64,000 nt of DNA. Source: Zootoca vivipara (taxonomy: Eukaryota). The DNA is taken from contig NC_083288.1 in the NCBI RefSeq assembly GCF_963506605.1, positions 36,704,001 through 36,768,000 of the forward strand, in the 5' to 3' direction. A program made the position numbers and the translations under genes. The notes under the pieces were generated by a model that saw nothing but the letters and a program-made list of their open reading frames with translations, searched no databases and was not told where the DNA came from. Shown here in pieces: positions 10,287 to 21,859 of this stretch; within the stretch, counting starts at the first letter, position 1; every line of letters begins with the position of its first letter.

Positions 10287-13200
10287 TCACTGCATCCCAC
10301 TCCACTGCAAGGACGTAAAGACTGCAGTCCCATCCTGGTCCACCGAACACAGCAGCACCGTCTTCTTCACGTTGGTGCCGAGGCGTCCTGCACTGACAAC
10401 ATCACACAGGGAGAGAGGGGTGTCTTTAGAGACACACAGGGCAATGTAATGGGCATGGAAACGCATGGGGTCACCTGTAAGAGGGAGGGAGAAAGGCGGG
10501 GTTAGAAGAGGGAAATAGCCCGTCTTGTTTTTTAAAGAGCTTCCTCCTTAACAATCGCTCTTCATTCTAGAACGAAGCCGTTTTGAATTTTTGCCCTAGC
10601 AAAAAATGTCCTTGAGTCAAGGAAAGGGCAAGTCTTTTTTCCTAAGGGTAGCAGCAACCACTACCTGCCCAGCAAGAACCCTGGGAGGAGTAGCACTGCA
10701 AAAAAAAGCTAAGTGCTTGGGATTTTGTAAGTTTGTGCAGGCAGGCAAAGTCTCTTATACCATCAGACCACAGGGGTGGGGAACTTTTTGGATGTGTGGG
10801 TCAAATCTTTCAGGCATCAAATCCACCTATCACATGACATCATTGTGATGTCACCCACATGTCAAATGCATGGCTTTGTAAGTCTTTCTACTATACTCGA
10901 TTTCGGAAGACTGCTGGCTGGCAGTGGTTCCCTAGGGTTTCAGACAAAATTTCCTGCCTGGAAGGCAAGTGGAATAGCATGGCAAGAACCTTGCGCAGAG
11001 GCATTCAACCCTGCCATAATTTGTTATATACTCCCACTTCAGAATTCTATCTACATACACATTTCATTTCTACACCTCCCTTCATCCCAAGGAGATTTCA
11101 GGACGATGCACAGCAAACCAAGGAAATTTTATTCTGTAGTATTTTATTCTGTAGACATTACTCCTGAAACCATTAGAGCACTCCTCCCTTCCCCATTTTC
11201 AGGAGACCTGTATTCACTATAGAAAGGAAGGCTACTATTCACTGCAAAGCAGAACAGGACTCTGAATCCCTGTGTGCAAGGACAGGGGAAGGCATTTATT
11301 CAAGACGGGGACAGGAATCCTGCCTGCCTCTCACCCTTCCAATAGAGGGCAGGCTAGGCCTTTCAGCAAATATACCATTCACTCCTGGGCTAAGAGGCAA
11401 AAATGCAGGAGAAGATTGCCCAGCTTTTTATTATTCGTATTTGCCTTTTTGACACAGGAACTTTGATATCACACTTTCTGCTTGAGAAGGCTCAGAGGGG
11501 CAAACTCTGAAAACCATAACATTTATCACGCCCCCCCCCCAGCTTGATTCCCCAAGATTCACAAGCCTGCCAGTACCTGGATAAACAAGGAAGTCACCGC
11601 CAAATTTGCTCCCACTAGTGACGTAGTAGCCCCGTTCCCAAAGATTCTGGAAAATGCGGTAACGTATCTCGTGGTCCTCTTGTCCAGCATAAGGCCAGTC
11701 TTGGGATTGGACATGCCAGTCCACCTCTTCTTCTGGGCCTGGATGTACTCGTTCTGTTGGGAGCTGGACCATCATAGATTGTCGAGGAAGCACAAAGCTG
11801 GATTCCGGTTCTGCAGGAGGATCTGGAAATATAATGCAGAGTGGCTTGTAACTGGGCTACCTTAAGGACTACCTTCTTCCACGTATTCCCTCCTGTGGCT
11901 GTGGTCCTTGTCTAGTCATTACCACCAGCAGCCTAAGCTCTAACAGATGGGTACCAGGGCAGGACCTTCTTGGTTGTGGTGCCAAGTTTAAGCAAAGCTC
12001 TCCCCAAGGGAAGCCCACCTAGATCCTTCCTTTCAGTATTTCATTATTCAGCTAAGATGTGGTTAGACATCTAGGTAGTCACTGAGAACAAAATGCTGGA
12101 CTAGAGGAGCTACTGGCCTGATGCAATAGGCTCTTCTTTCGTTGCTTTTTACGGAGACGTTTGGGGAAAGCTGGCTATTGCGCTTTTCTTTGCTGGTGCT
12201 CCAAAAAAGCGATCAGGTTGGTTTTCCCTTGCCGCATCTTGAAAACAGCCCTCCTGGATGAGGCTGAAGGCCTAACTAGTCCAGCATCCTGTTCTCACAG
12301 CAGCCAGCCAGGAAGTGGGAAGCCAATAAGCAGGACCCAAGCATAAGAGCCCTCTCCCCTCCTGCAGTTTCTAGCAACTGACATTCAGAAGCATTGTTGC
12401 CTCCAACTGTGGAGGCAGAGCATAGCTCTTATGACTACAGTAGCTCAGTTGGTAGAGCATGAGACTCTCAATATCAGGGTTGTGGGTTCGAGCCCCACGT
12501 TGGGCAAAAGGTTTCCTGCATTGCAGCGGGTTGGACTATTTATTTTTATTTATTTTATTTTTTATTGAATATATATACCACCCTATACCCAGAGGTCTCA
12601 GGGCAGTTCACAGAACAAAATCAAAATATAAAACCACAATATATAATCAAAATAAAAACAACAACCCAATAACGTCCCCCCTTGGGGTGCCTTCACATTC
12701 CACAATTCTATGACTAGTAGCCACGGGCAGCCTTACTCTCCATGAATTTGTCTAATCCTCTTCTAAAGTCACCCAAAAATCTGTCGTTATTGTGCCCTGA
12801 GTGCCACAACTGAGGAGAAAACATTTTTCTCTGTCCTCCATAGGTTCTGGGACTACCACTCCCATCAGCCCCAACCAACACTGCCAATAGTCAGGGATGA
12901 TGGGAGTGGAGTCCAGGAACATCCGGAAGGCCACTGTTTCCTCACCCCTAACCTATACCAGTCATAGTTTAGTTCTCCTGCAAGGGACGCGGGTGGCGCT
13001 GTCGTCTAAACCACTGAGCCTCTTGGCCTTGCCGACTGGAATGTCGGCAGTTCAAATCCAGCAACGGAGTGAGCTCCCGTTGCTCTGCCCCAGCTCCTGC
13101 CAACCTAGCAGTTCGAAAGCACACCAGCGTGATTAGATAAATAGGTACCACAGCGGTGGGAAGGTAAACAGTGTTTCTGTGCGCTCTGGCACTCGTCACG

Positions 13201-14239
13201 GTGTCCTGTTGCGCCAGAAGCGGTTTAGTCATGCTGGCCACATGTCCCGGAAAGCTGTCTGTAGACAAACGCCGGCTCCCTCGGCCTGAAAGCGAGATGA
13301 GCACTGCAACTCCACAGTCACCTTTGACTGGACTTAACCTTCCAGGAGTCCTCTACCTTACCTCCTGCAGCTTCCTGGGGCACTTCCAAATAAAGCAAAA
13401 TAGTTGCCACATAGCAAACGTTGGTGCTCACCTGCCTCTTCCTGCCGCCGTTTCTTTGCCCGACCCTGGGCTATACGTTCCGCAAGAGTACCCAGCATGG
13501 CTTTCCTCTGTTCAGCCGCCAGCCGAACCTGCTCCTGATAGCTCTTTTCTTGCTCATTTTGGTAGGCGGCCACCTCAAGGGCTGAAGGATCCTGGAGACA
13601 CAGAGAAGCAAGTTCAGCACTGCCTGTTTTCTGACCACATCCACACCATGCATTTAAATCACCCATGGGCACACACATGTCCACAAAGACCTTCCCTGGG
13701 TGCCCACTGGGTCCTCATGCCACCCCAATGAAATTGGGCTTGAAAGTAGTACAGGATTCTGTTTTAGCCAATATAATAAGTTGCAGTGTGCGCACGGTTG
13801 CAGCATGAGTATGGGGCCCACAACAGTGCCTCTGGTTTGCAAATGTGCCCTGGGGTTCAAAAAGGTTGGTGGCCCTTGATCTACACTGCACAATTTGCAG
13901 CAATTAAGCAGAGCATCCTTCACTTTTGCTCCAGGTTTGGTGTTTTTTTTCCTTCTCTAGAGAAGTAGCAACGATTGGTTGAACCATCACCTGGCTTTTA
14001 TCATCTCGAAGGGGTTGGGACGCTGTGTTTTTGAACAAGGCTGCCAACCCCTTTTCTGCCAGTAGCCGGACCTCTTCTGGGAGCAGCTGCAGGGGCAGCC
14101 CCAACCGCACATTCTGCCGCGGCTTCCGAGCTAATGCTCCAACCAGCGTGCCGACAATACGATGCTCCTCCCGCAATCTCCGCACATCAGCAGCATTCCA
14201 CACAAAAGCCTTTCCCTCCAAGATGTGGATTCGGATCAT
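10287..14239 (-). CDS. TSEN34: tRNA-splicing endonuclease subunit Sen34, 4 coding exons, 280 aa
   Basis: Exons 14239-13991, 13591-13432, 11822-11577, 10474-10287 (843 nt, GT-AG, phases consistent). N-terminal GTLVGALARKPRQNVRLGLPL and catalytic Tyr/His/Lys motifs [20 protein letters not shown] and RLGTNVKKTVLLCS. Confidence 0.95.
12441..12714 (+). mobile_element. tRNA-Lys(CTT)-derived SINE with CR1-type tail, interrupted by an L2-like 3' fragment (~12538-12675)
   Basis: TAGCTCAGTTGGTAGAGCATGAGACTCTCAATATCAGGGTTGTGGGTTCGAGCCCCACGTTGGGC followed by CCTGCATTGCAG..GTTGGACTA and an ATTCTATGA tail. Other copies at 18770-18914, 54993-55135 and 30835-30905 (tail only). Confidence 0.75.
12984..13362 (+). 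mobile_element. Sauria SINE
   Basis: Head GGGACGCGGGTGGCGCTG, body homologous to the 8745 copy, ACCTTACC tail and TSD CTCCTGCA. Confidence 0.88.
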
Positions 14240-15214
14240 GCCTCGGCCTGTATCAGTGCTTCCCTGAGAAGATGGGAAAGGAACAACCACAAAAATACTA
14301 TGACATTCACTTAACTTCAAGATTTTTTTGGAGGGTGGTGGGATCCACTCCTTTGAAAGGTTTTGCCAGCAGCCTTTGGGGTAAAGGCAACTGGTTGTCA
14401 GAGGTTCTAATATTAAGCACTGAAATGTCCCTAAAATGGCAGAGGCAGGTTACTTTACAAATCACCTTTAAAAAAAAACAAGTGGGTTGGCTATAATCTG
14501 CTCTCTCCACTATTTAAAAGGTTTGTAATTTATGGAAATAGTTTTTACTGTTTATAAGGGTTCTCTTATGCTGCTTAAAAGAAAGCAGCATAATCTCTCT
14601 TGCTCCCAGAACCCAAAAAGAAATGGTGGCCAATCTCTTCTCTCTCCCTGAACAGAAACATAGCAGCAATACAATGTGCTGTAAGCATTCTGAATAAATT
14701 ATGACTGGTCCAGGGACATAAATATTAATAAAATGGGTGGCAGGGTGGGGGGGTATGCTTGGGGGTGCTTGCAGTGGATTGGCTGGGGGCACCTCTCTGG
14801 AATTAACTGCTTTATGCAAAGGGAAGCAAATATATGCAAATACATGCTTATTGTACCGTAAGTCTGAAACCACACACACACAAACTTAACTAGGCAATAA
14901 GCGTCAAATTTCAGGTAATAAGTTTCAGGCAACAGCGATCATTATGACCAACGGACCTTACGTCTGATCTTCGGATGAAGGGCGTATACAAATTTAAGTA
15001 AATAATAATAATAACAATAACAATAATATACCAGATGAAGAGTAGGCTGCTAGTAAAGGTTGGGACACAGCCTCTTCGCTTCCTGCAACATCACCCCAAA
15101 ATCAAGACCCTTCACCAGCAACCCTCCCCCTTCTTCCTTCCCAGGACCCAGGAGTCCTGTCCCCTCCACTCCTAGCACCCTCCCCACCCCGTTTTAATCC
15201 CATAAACCACTTTC

Positions 15215-15770
15215 ACACCGGATCTCCTTTTGCTTTAAGCCATGAGGTTCCTCTTGCGTGCGAATCTCGGATATATTTTCCTCCCCTTAGTCCCCGCCCC
15301 CTTGCTCTAAATGACCCTCCAATCACTCTTTCGCCACAGCCGAAGCGCTTGGAGTGATGGCTCCGCTGTCCAATGGACGGTCCGAGAAGGTGCCAATGAC
15401 ATGGTCTTGGGAAGACAGAGGCGGTGGAAAGGAGGAGGAGGAGGATGAAAAGGAGGGTGCGGAAGCATGAACACACCGCCTCCCCTTCCATCACGCACAG
15501 CTCATCCTGCAAAGCAAAGGAAACTGTGCAAGAGAGACAGGAAGCGCGCACCTAAGATTGAGAAATTGTTTTGCAAGGCTACTTGGAGGCGAAGGGGGAG
15601 GTGGGGCAGCCCATCTCAGAAATGGATTTTGCAAGGAGCTAAGTTCTTTGCATTGCGTTCCTAGGCTGCCGCTTGTTGCCCTTCCCTCCTTCCCTGCTTC
15701 CTTCAGCCCCGCTCTCGATTCCCCCTTTGGGCAGCAGCACGTGCTGAAAGGGCCCCCCGAAGAGGTGAGT
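15215..15770. promoter_or_regulatory. Bidirectional TSEN34/MBOAT7 promoter with non-coding first exons
   Basis: CpG-enriched, with a GC box at ~15292 and CCAAT boxes at ~15319, 15370 and 15393. Minus-strand donor CG|GTGTGA at ~15218 (TSEN34) and plus-strand donor AG|GTGAGT at 15764 (MBOAT7). The human genes are also head-to-head. Confidence 0.7.
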
Positions 15771-17660
15771 ACCGAGCGGGGTGGTTGATTTGGGAAAACG
15801 AGACTGGGTGGTGCTGGGAAGCCGGACTCCTGGGTTCAATGGGGAAGGATGAAGGGGGTTTAGTGGCTCACCAGTATGAGGCCTAAGGCTAGGAGCCAGG
15901 GCTCCAGGGTTCCCTGGATCGGTGTCAGACATGGATGGGGCAATTTTATTTTATTCTTTGCTCAGGCATAAGATCTAGATGGGGAACAGATGACTTGCCC
16001 AGGCGTACTGCGGGGATCAATAGGAGCCAGCACGTCTAGGTTCTCTATTTTCAGGTATTATACAGTGTAGTTATAGCCTTAATCTCCCTGAACCCTGCTT
16101 TTTATAGATCTTTTCCTCGCAAGGGCTACATCATTGCATTAAGTGTTTGTCTTCCCGTTTTAATCTGGTATATGCGTGCAACACCTACCTGAGGAATGAC
16201 ACTGCTGATTCTTTCCCCCTCTAGTTTCCCAGAGGATTTAAAAAAAATATTCCTCCTTACATTCCTCATCAGATGAAAACCCCACAGAAAACGTTGCCTG
16301 CTACCAAGGATTTTTCTTTCTTTCATTTTGCGGTTGGGGGAGCCCTGGAAGTTGACATGTCGTTGTGTTTTGCTCCTAAGCAGGCAAATGATTGACCCTT
16401 ACCTGTAACCCCAGATCTACTGGGGTTGTTTAGTGCTGTTGACTGGGGGAATGCATTCTGCACATACCCAGAGGCTCTAAATTCAGGGCTGAACATTCTT
16501 CTTGCTCTACTACAGGAATTCCGCTGAAGCTTTTCCACTTTGGGTATCCTAACCCAGCCAGCCTGGTGCCCTTCAGATGTTTGGGACTGCTGCAACTCCC
16601 ATCTGATGGATGGGGAGCTGTATGGAGAGTGGGCAAGGAGGTATTTGGCAGAGGTTAAAGGAACATTGCCGTGATGTTTTCTAGAAAGCCTTCCAAGCAC
16701 AATTATAGCTGTACACAAGGGAGGAAATTAAGTAGGTGGCATTTCTTTTCCCAATGGGAAAAAAATTGGCTCAAGTTGTGCTTTGCTAAGAAATGAACAG
16801 ATCAACTACAACATCCCTGGCATGTGGCTCTTCAGCCTTTGCTGAAGCACCCGCAGCCTACTCCACTGCCCAACAGCCGATACTGTCAGAAAGTTCCTCC
16901 TAATGTTTATCTGCTTCCCTGCAGATTTGGTTCTAGTCTTGCCCCCTGGAGCAACAGGTAACTATTCTGCCCTGTCTTCTGGATGGCAGCCCTTCCATAT
17001 ATGTGAAGACTGCTGTAATGGCTCTGCTTAATCGTCTGTTCTCTAGGTTAGACCTCTTTGGCTCTTATCAAAACAGAAAAATAAAACCTGTAGCTCCACT
17101 CCAAATTCCTCGGACGTATAAGAAACTAGTAATTTCATATCAGATTTTTGCTTTAGGCAAGTTCCTTAGGCAACTCTAACTCAGAGTTGTTTTCTTTTTC
17201 CTTTTAGCCCATGTTAACTCTTTTTAATGTGCACTTCCCTCCGCACCATCAAGTCTCCTTGAACACAGCACTTTCTCACCTGTAGCGGGGCATGTCAAGA
17301 CGTCTGTTCACTCCCTCTCAAAGGATCCTGGGAACTGTAGTTTAACACTCACTGAGCTACAATTCTCAGCCACCTTAACAAACTACAGGTCCCGGAGACC
17401 TTTCAGTGTACGGAGCCTTAGATTCCCTCCCCCTCTTCAGTGTCTCTTCAGCTTATCTACTTCCTATTTTCCTGTCCTTTGCATAACACTCCTGTCTATA
17501 TACCTCCATCTATTCCTCACACAGAAAACCGCCCAACTTTCCAGGGTTCTCTGCACTTCCTCTCTCAATTCCCTCTACTTTTCTTACCTAACAGTCTTTC
17601 TGCACCCTCCCCACTTTAGTCCATGTCTTTGCTCTCAGCAACAATACCTTTTGCCTAGTT

Positions 17661-17774
17661 CAGGCATCCCCAAACTTCGGCCCTCCCATCATCTCTGACC
17701 ACTGGTCCTGTTAGCTAGGGATCATGGGAGTTGTAGGCCAAAACATCTGGAGGGCCGCAGTTTGGGGGTGCCTG
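17661..17774. mobile_element. hAT MITE, internally deleted
   Basis: TIRs as in the 1851 copy; TSD GCCTAGTT. Confidence 0.88.
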
Positions 17775-18769
17775 GCCTAGTTCAACAGTGCACAAGGCTT
17801 TCACTCCCCCAGCAACTCATGTCAATGAAGGAGCCTTTGATGGAGGTGGGCCACAACACTGCAAATTTGCGGGGGGAATTGGAGTCAGCCCCAGCATTTA
17901 CCTCTGAATCCAGCAAAGGGAAGGAGCTGTGTAGGATTCTCTCCTCCCTGCGTCTGATGGGTTTGGGTGGACCTTAGCTGTTCCTCCAAAGGTTTGGGGA
18001 AGGGTTGCAAGTAATGAGTATTTGGAATTCTCTCCCCCCCCCCAAAGGGATGCCAGGCAAAGTGGGATGGGCTGCGTTTGGCCTGCAAAACTATGCATGG
18101 TACAGGCCTGCTGCAAACTCTAGTCTAGTGGCTCACTGGAGGGGAAGTGTGTGTGTGCGTGCTCTCTGTGTGCATCTCGCTGGACTCCTTAGATAGACAC
18201 TTGCTTTTAATCTAGCTGAAGGATTCCTATTTAAATATAGAAAGCATGGGGTGGAGGAGTGAGGCGAGGGATTATAGGGAGACAAAGCAAAGAGGAACGG
18301 GGCAAAAGTGGCAGGGGTGGAAACTGGTCTGGGTGTGTTCAGCTACAGTCGTCCCTAGCGGGGACAGGAGGAAAGGGGGGTTGCATTGCAATCTGTCTTT
18401 GTAAATGAAGCTCAGAATGTGGAAGGCTGGGAGCAAGGTACAAAGAGAGCACCTGTACTTTTCAGAGTTGCACAAAATTGGTTTTCCCCCCTCTTCCCTC
18501 CCTGCCCCTTTCCCATTGTGTGCCAGGTTCCCCCCCCCCCAATATTATTATTGTAAGCCTGCAGACAGGGATTGTCTTGTTTTAACTGATTGTACATAAG
18601 CCACTCTGGGAGCCTTTTGGGCTGAAGAGTGGGGTACAAATGCAATCAAACAATCAATTAAGGGGGGGGGGGTTGCACTCAAGTGTGGCTTTCCTCACCC
18701 AGCATGCCTTCTTGTTTTCTGTGCAACTCTGAAAGATGTGGTAGCCTGCAGCTGACAGTTCTTCCTGCG

Positions 18770-18914
18770 TGTGACTCAGTCGGTGGAGCATGAGACTCCT
18801 AATCTCGGTGTTGTGGGTTTGAGCCCCACGTTGGGCAACAAGATTCTTGCATTGCAGAGGTTGGACTAGATGATCCTTGTGGTCCCTTCCAACTCTACAA
18901 GCCTACGATTCTAT
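18770..18914 (+). mobile_element. tRNA-Lys-derived SINE with CR1 tail
   Basis: GACTCAGTCGGTGGAGCATGAGACTCC...GAGCCCCACGTTGGGC followed by GGTCCCTTCCAACTCTAC..GATTCTA. Confidence 0.75.
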
Positions 18915-18916
18915 TC

Positions 18917-19211
18917 CAGTGGTACCTCGACTTATGAACGACTCAAGAACCGAATTTTTTGAGTTACGAATTGGGGGTAATGGCCGCACGCTTACGAATG
19001 TCTCGATATCCGGAAAAAAAACCATGGCGATTTTAGATAGGGATTTTTCGACTTACGAATTTTTAGATAGGGTTGCTTCGACTTACGAATGTTTCCGTTT
19101 CCAATGCATTCTTATGGGAAATCACGTTTCCAATGGCGTTTTTCAACTTACGAATTTATCGACTTATGGTGCCTTCGGAACAGATTAAATTCGTAAGTCG
19201 AGGCACCACTG
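18917..19211. mobile_element. Tc1/mariner (Tigger/pogo-like) MITE
   Basis: TIRs CAGTGGTACCTCGACTTA / TAAGTCGAGGCACCACTG followed by TA; internal repeats of CGACTTACGAAT. Confidence 0.8.
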
Positions 19212-20988
19212 TACTTGCTCCACTCTCCTTCTTAGAAGAAAGCGAAGAGACCTGGCTCATATCCTAGACCCCTGTTTGGTCCCCACAAGCTGCCCCACCT
19301 TTCAGTAGCCTGGACAATCCATAGGGAAGATGCTTAAGAAAAAGGAGATTTGTGACCTCTTAACACATGTAACATCCCAAGGCCCCATCTGCATGATATG
19401 TATGATATAGCTTTAAATGAATATTGTAGAAGTAGCCTTAGAATGGTATAAAGCTGGACTACTCCACCTGGGATGCTTTGAGTGGGGATTCCAATCCCAA
19501 AATAGAGTGGCCAACTTCCTCCCCCTGGCAGTGCTCCTCTGTGCCTTTAACACAGGGATGGGGAGCCTGTGGCCCTCCAGATGTTGATGGACTACAACTC
19601 TAGGAACTCCTGGCCACTAGCTACATTGGCTAGGAATTGTATTTCAACAACATCTGGAGGGCCACATGTTTCCCACCTAGCAGGCAGAAGTTGAACAGGT
19701 GGTGCCTTTCCTGCCACAGAGATGAAGTGATAGAATAAGCATCAGCTGTTATATTTCTGCTGGCTGGACATCAGTTGAGGCAAGGGTGGCTAACCTGCAG
19801 TTCTTTAGGTGTTGCTGGACTGCAACTCCCAGCATCCCTGACTATTGTTTATGGTGGCTGGGGCTGATGGGAATTGCAGCCTCAACACCTGGAAGGCCAC
19901 AATTTACTCCTGTGTTAAAGGCATAGGAATGCTTTTTTGGGGAGGGCCATGATTAGGGGTGATGAGTTGCACTCCAGTAATTCCACAAGCTCCCCATCCC
20001 TACCATAAGATTTGCAGAAGTACACACACACACACACCTTCAAATAAGAGACCCTAAGATCCTTTCTGGGAACAGGGGATAAAAGAAATTGGGGACGTTA
20101 TTGGGGAAACTGTGATCCTAGACACTAAGTATTTTTGATTATAATTGTTTGAAAGAGGTAATGCTTCTCTTGCTGAGAAAGTTTACTTGCTGGTTGCAAC
20201 CAGACTGGTCATCTCACAAGGCTAGAAGGAAACGTCATATGTTGCTTCAGATGGATGGTATTCAGAAGTGCTTTTTATTGGTGTCTCACAAAAACTTAAC
20301 TCATTACTTAAGACTTCTTTGAAGCCAAGCTGCACCAGAGGACTTTGCGGCAGTCTGGTGGAGGTTTATAATCTGCATAAACAAACCACCACATCCAACT
20401 ATCCTTCTACATTTGAGGTTATTTGGTGGAATTTGCAAACGCTCATCATTAGTTTCCATAAGTTTGTCTCTCCAACAACCTGAAACTTGGGTGGGAATGG
20501 AATGGAGCAGTGTTCTTCAACCTTGGGTCCCCATTTGTTGTTGCACTACGACTCCCACCATCCCTGCCCCTTGGCTAAGCTGACTGGGGTTGGTGGGAGT
20601 TGAATGCCAACAATATCTGGAAGGCCGACTGAGTTAGAGCACTAAGGAGAAGCCCCAAGCTGCACGGGCAAGATTTCCTTCCAGGTCTCATCCTATCATG
20701 ACTGGTAGCCGTCAGCTAATACACTGAGATCCAGCATGGTGTAATGGCTAGAGTGCTGGATTAGGAACTGGCAAATGAGGGTTTGAATCCCCATGCAGCC
20801 ATGAAGCTCCCTGGGTGAGCTTGTGCTAGTCCCTGTTTCCCAGAGTTGTCGTGAGGATAAAACGAGGAGAGCAGAACCATGTAAACTGCCTTGAGCTCCT
20901 TGGAACAAAAGTTGGTCTATAAATGTAATGAATAATGCACCTGCCCTCTCTGAATTCACTTTCTTCCCTAAATTGCATAAATTAATCA

Positions 20989-21122
20989 TTCAGGTGGATA
21001 GCCATGTTGATCTGTCATAGTCATAATAAATAACAAGATGAAAGATGAAAAAAAATGTTTTTTAATAATACCACTGGAATGATTAAAAAAGTTTTTTTTC
21101 ATCTTTCATCTTGTTATTTATT
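20989..21122. mobile_element. Penelope-type foldback insertion
   Basis: 12-bp TSD ATAAATTAATCA and ~42-bp inverted arms (21023-21066 / 21082-21123). It starts with CAGGTGGATAGCCATGTTGATCTG, the same terminal motif as the 32193 element. Confidence 0.6.
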
Positions 21123-21531
21123 ATAAATTAATCAGGCATTGTGTGTGAAGAGGTCCTGCCTTTCCTTTGTCCTGAATATATTGCTCATCCGTTTCATTGG
21201 GTGACTATCCCCTCCCTCTCAATCCCACCCCCCACCTGAGTAGTAGCATTCTGCAAGATTATTGCTTTCTGCCAGCATCTCTTAGGTTTTCCCTCCTTTG
21301 ATACAAGAATCCAGGTGCCTTGACATCCTTGCTTTGACCTTTTGGGATCATATTAATAGGCAGTCCCAAGAATCTGGGCCACTTCCTTCAGAGATGTTCA
21401 CCCGACCTCAAACCAGCTGCTGGACCAGTAGCACAGCTTTCTCCCTGGTTATTTCCAGTATTCCCAGCATAAATCTCTCCGAATCATTCTGCACAGCCTG
21501 TTCTGACTCTCTGCATCTCTTGCCAGCCACA

Positions 21532-21814
21532 ATGTCACCCGATGAAGTCATCTACTTGGCAGTCCTTCTCGTTTCCATCCCCGTCGGCTTCCTCTTCAAG
21601 AAAGGGGGTGAGTGCTAAATCTGGGCGGCCAAAATGAGTTGGACGCCATGTCTACCGGGGGTGGGGGGGTGGGACTGTTGCAGAGTCAGATTTAAGCAAC
21701 CATGCCTTCGGCCCAAGCATTGCCCAAGGACTCCTAAGGCCCTGAGATGAAGTTGTTTCTTTTGATATGTTGCATTTATATAGCTGTCCATCTATGCAAC
21801 GGTGGTCAATGTGT

Positions 21815-21859
<45 letters not shown>

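Noticed and set aside
12441-12505. tRNA-Lys(CTT) gene (also 18770 and 54993)
   Set aside because: The 5' acceptor stem is missing or mutated, the anticodon arm is altered, and the sequence runs into a CR1-type tail rather than a poly-T terminator, so these are SINE heads.
18917-19211. CRISPR-like repeats (CGACTTACGAAT units)
   Set aside because: They are irregular internal repeats of a mariner-type MITE in a eukaryotic intron, with no regular spacers and no cas genes.
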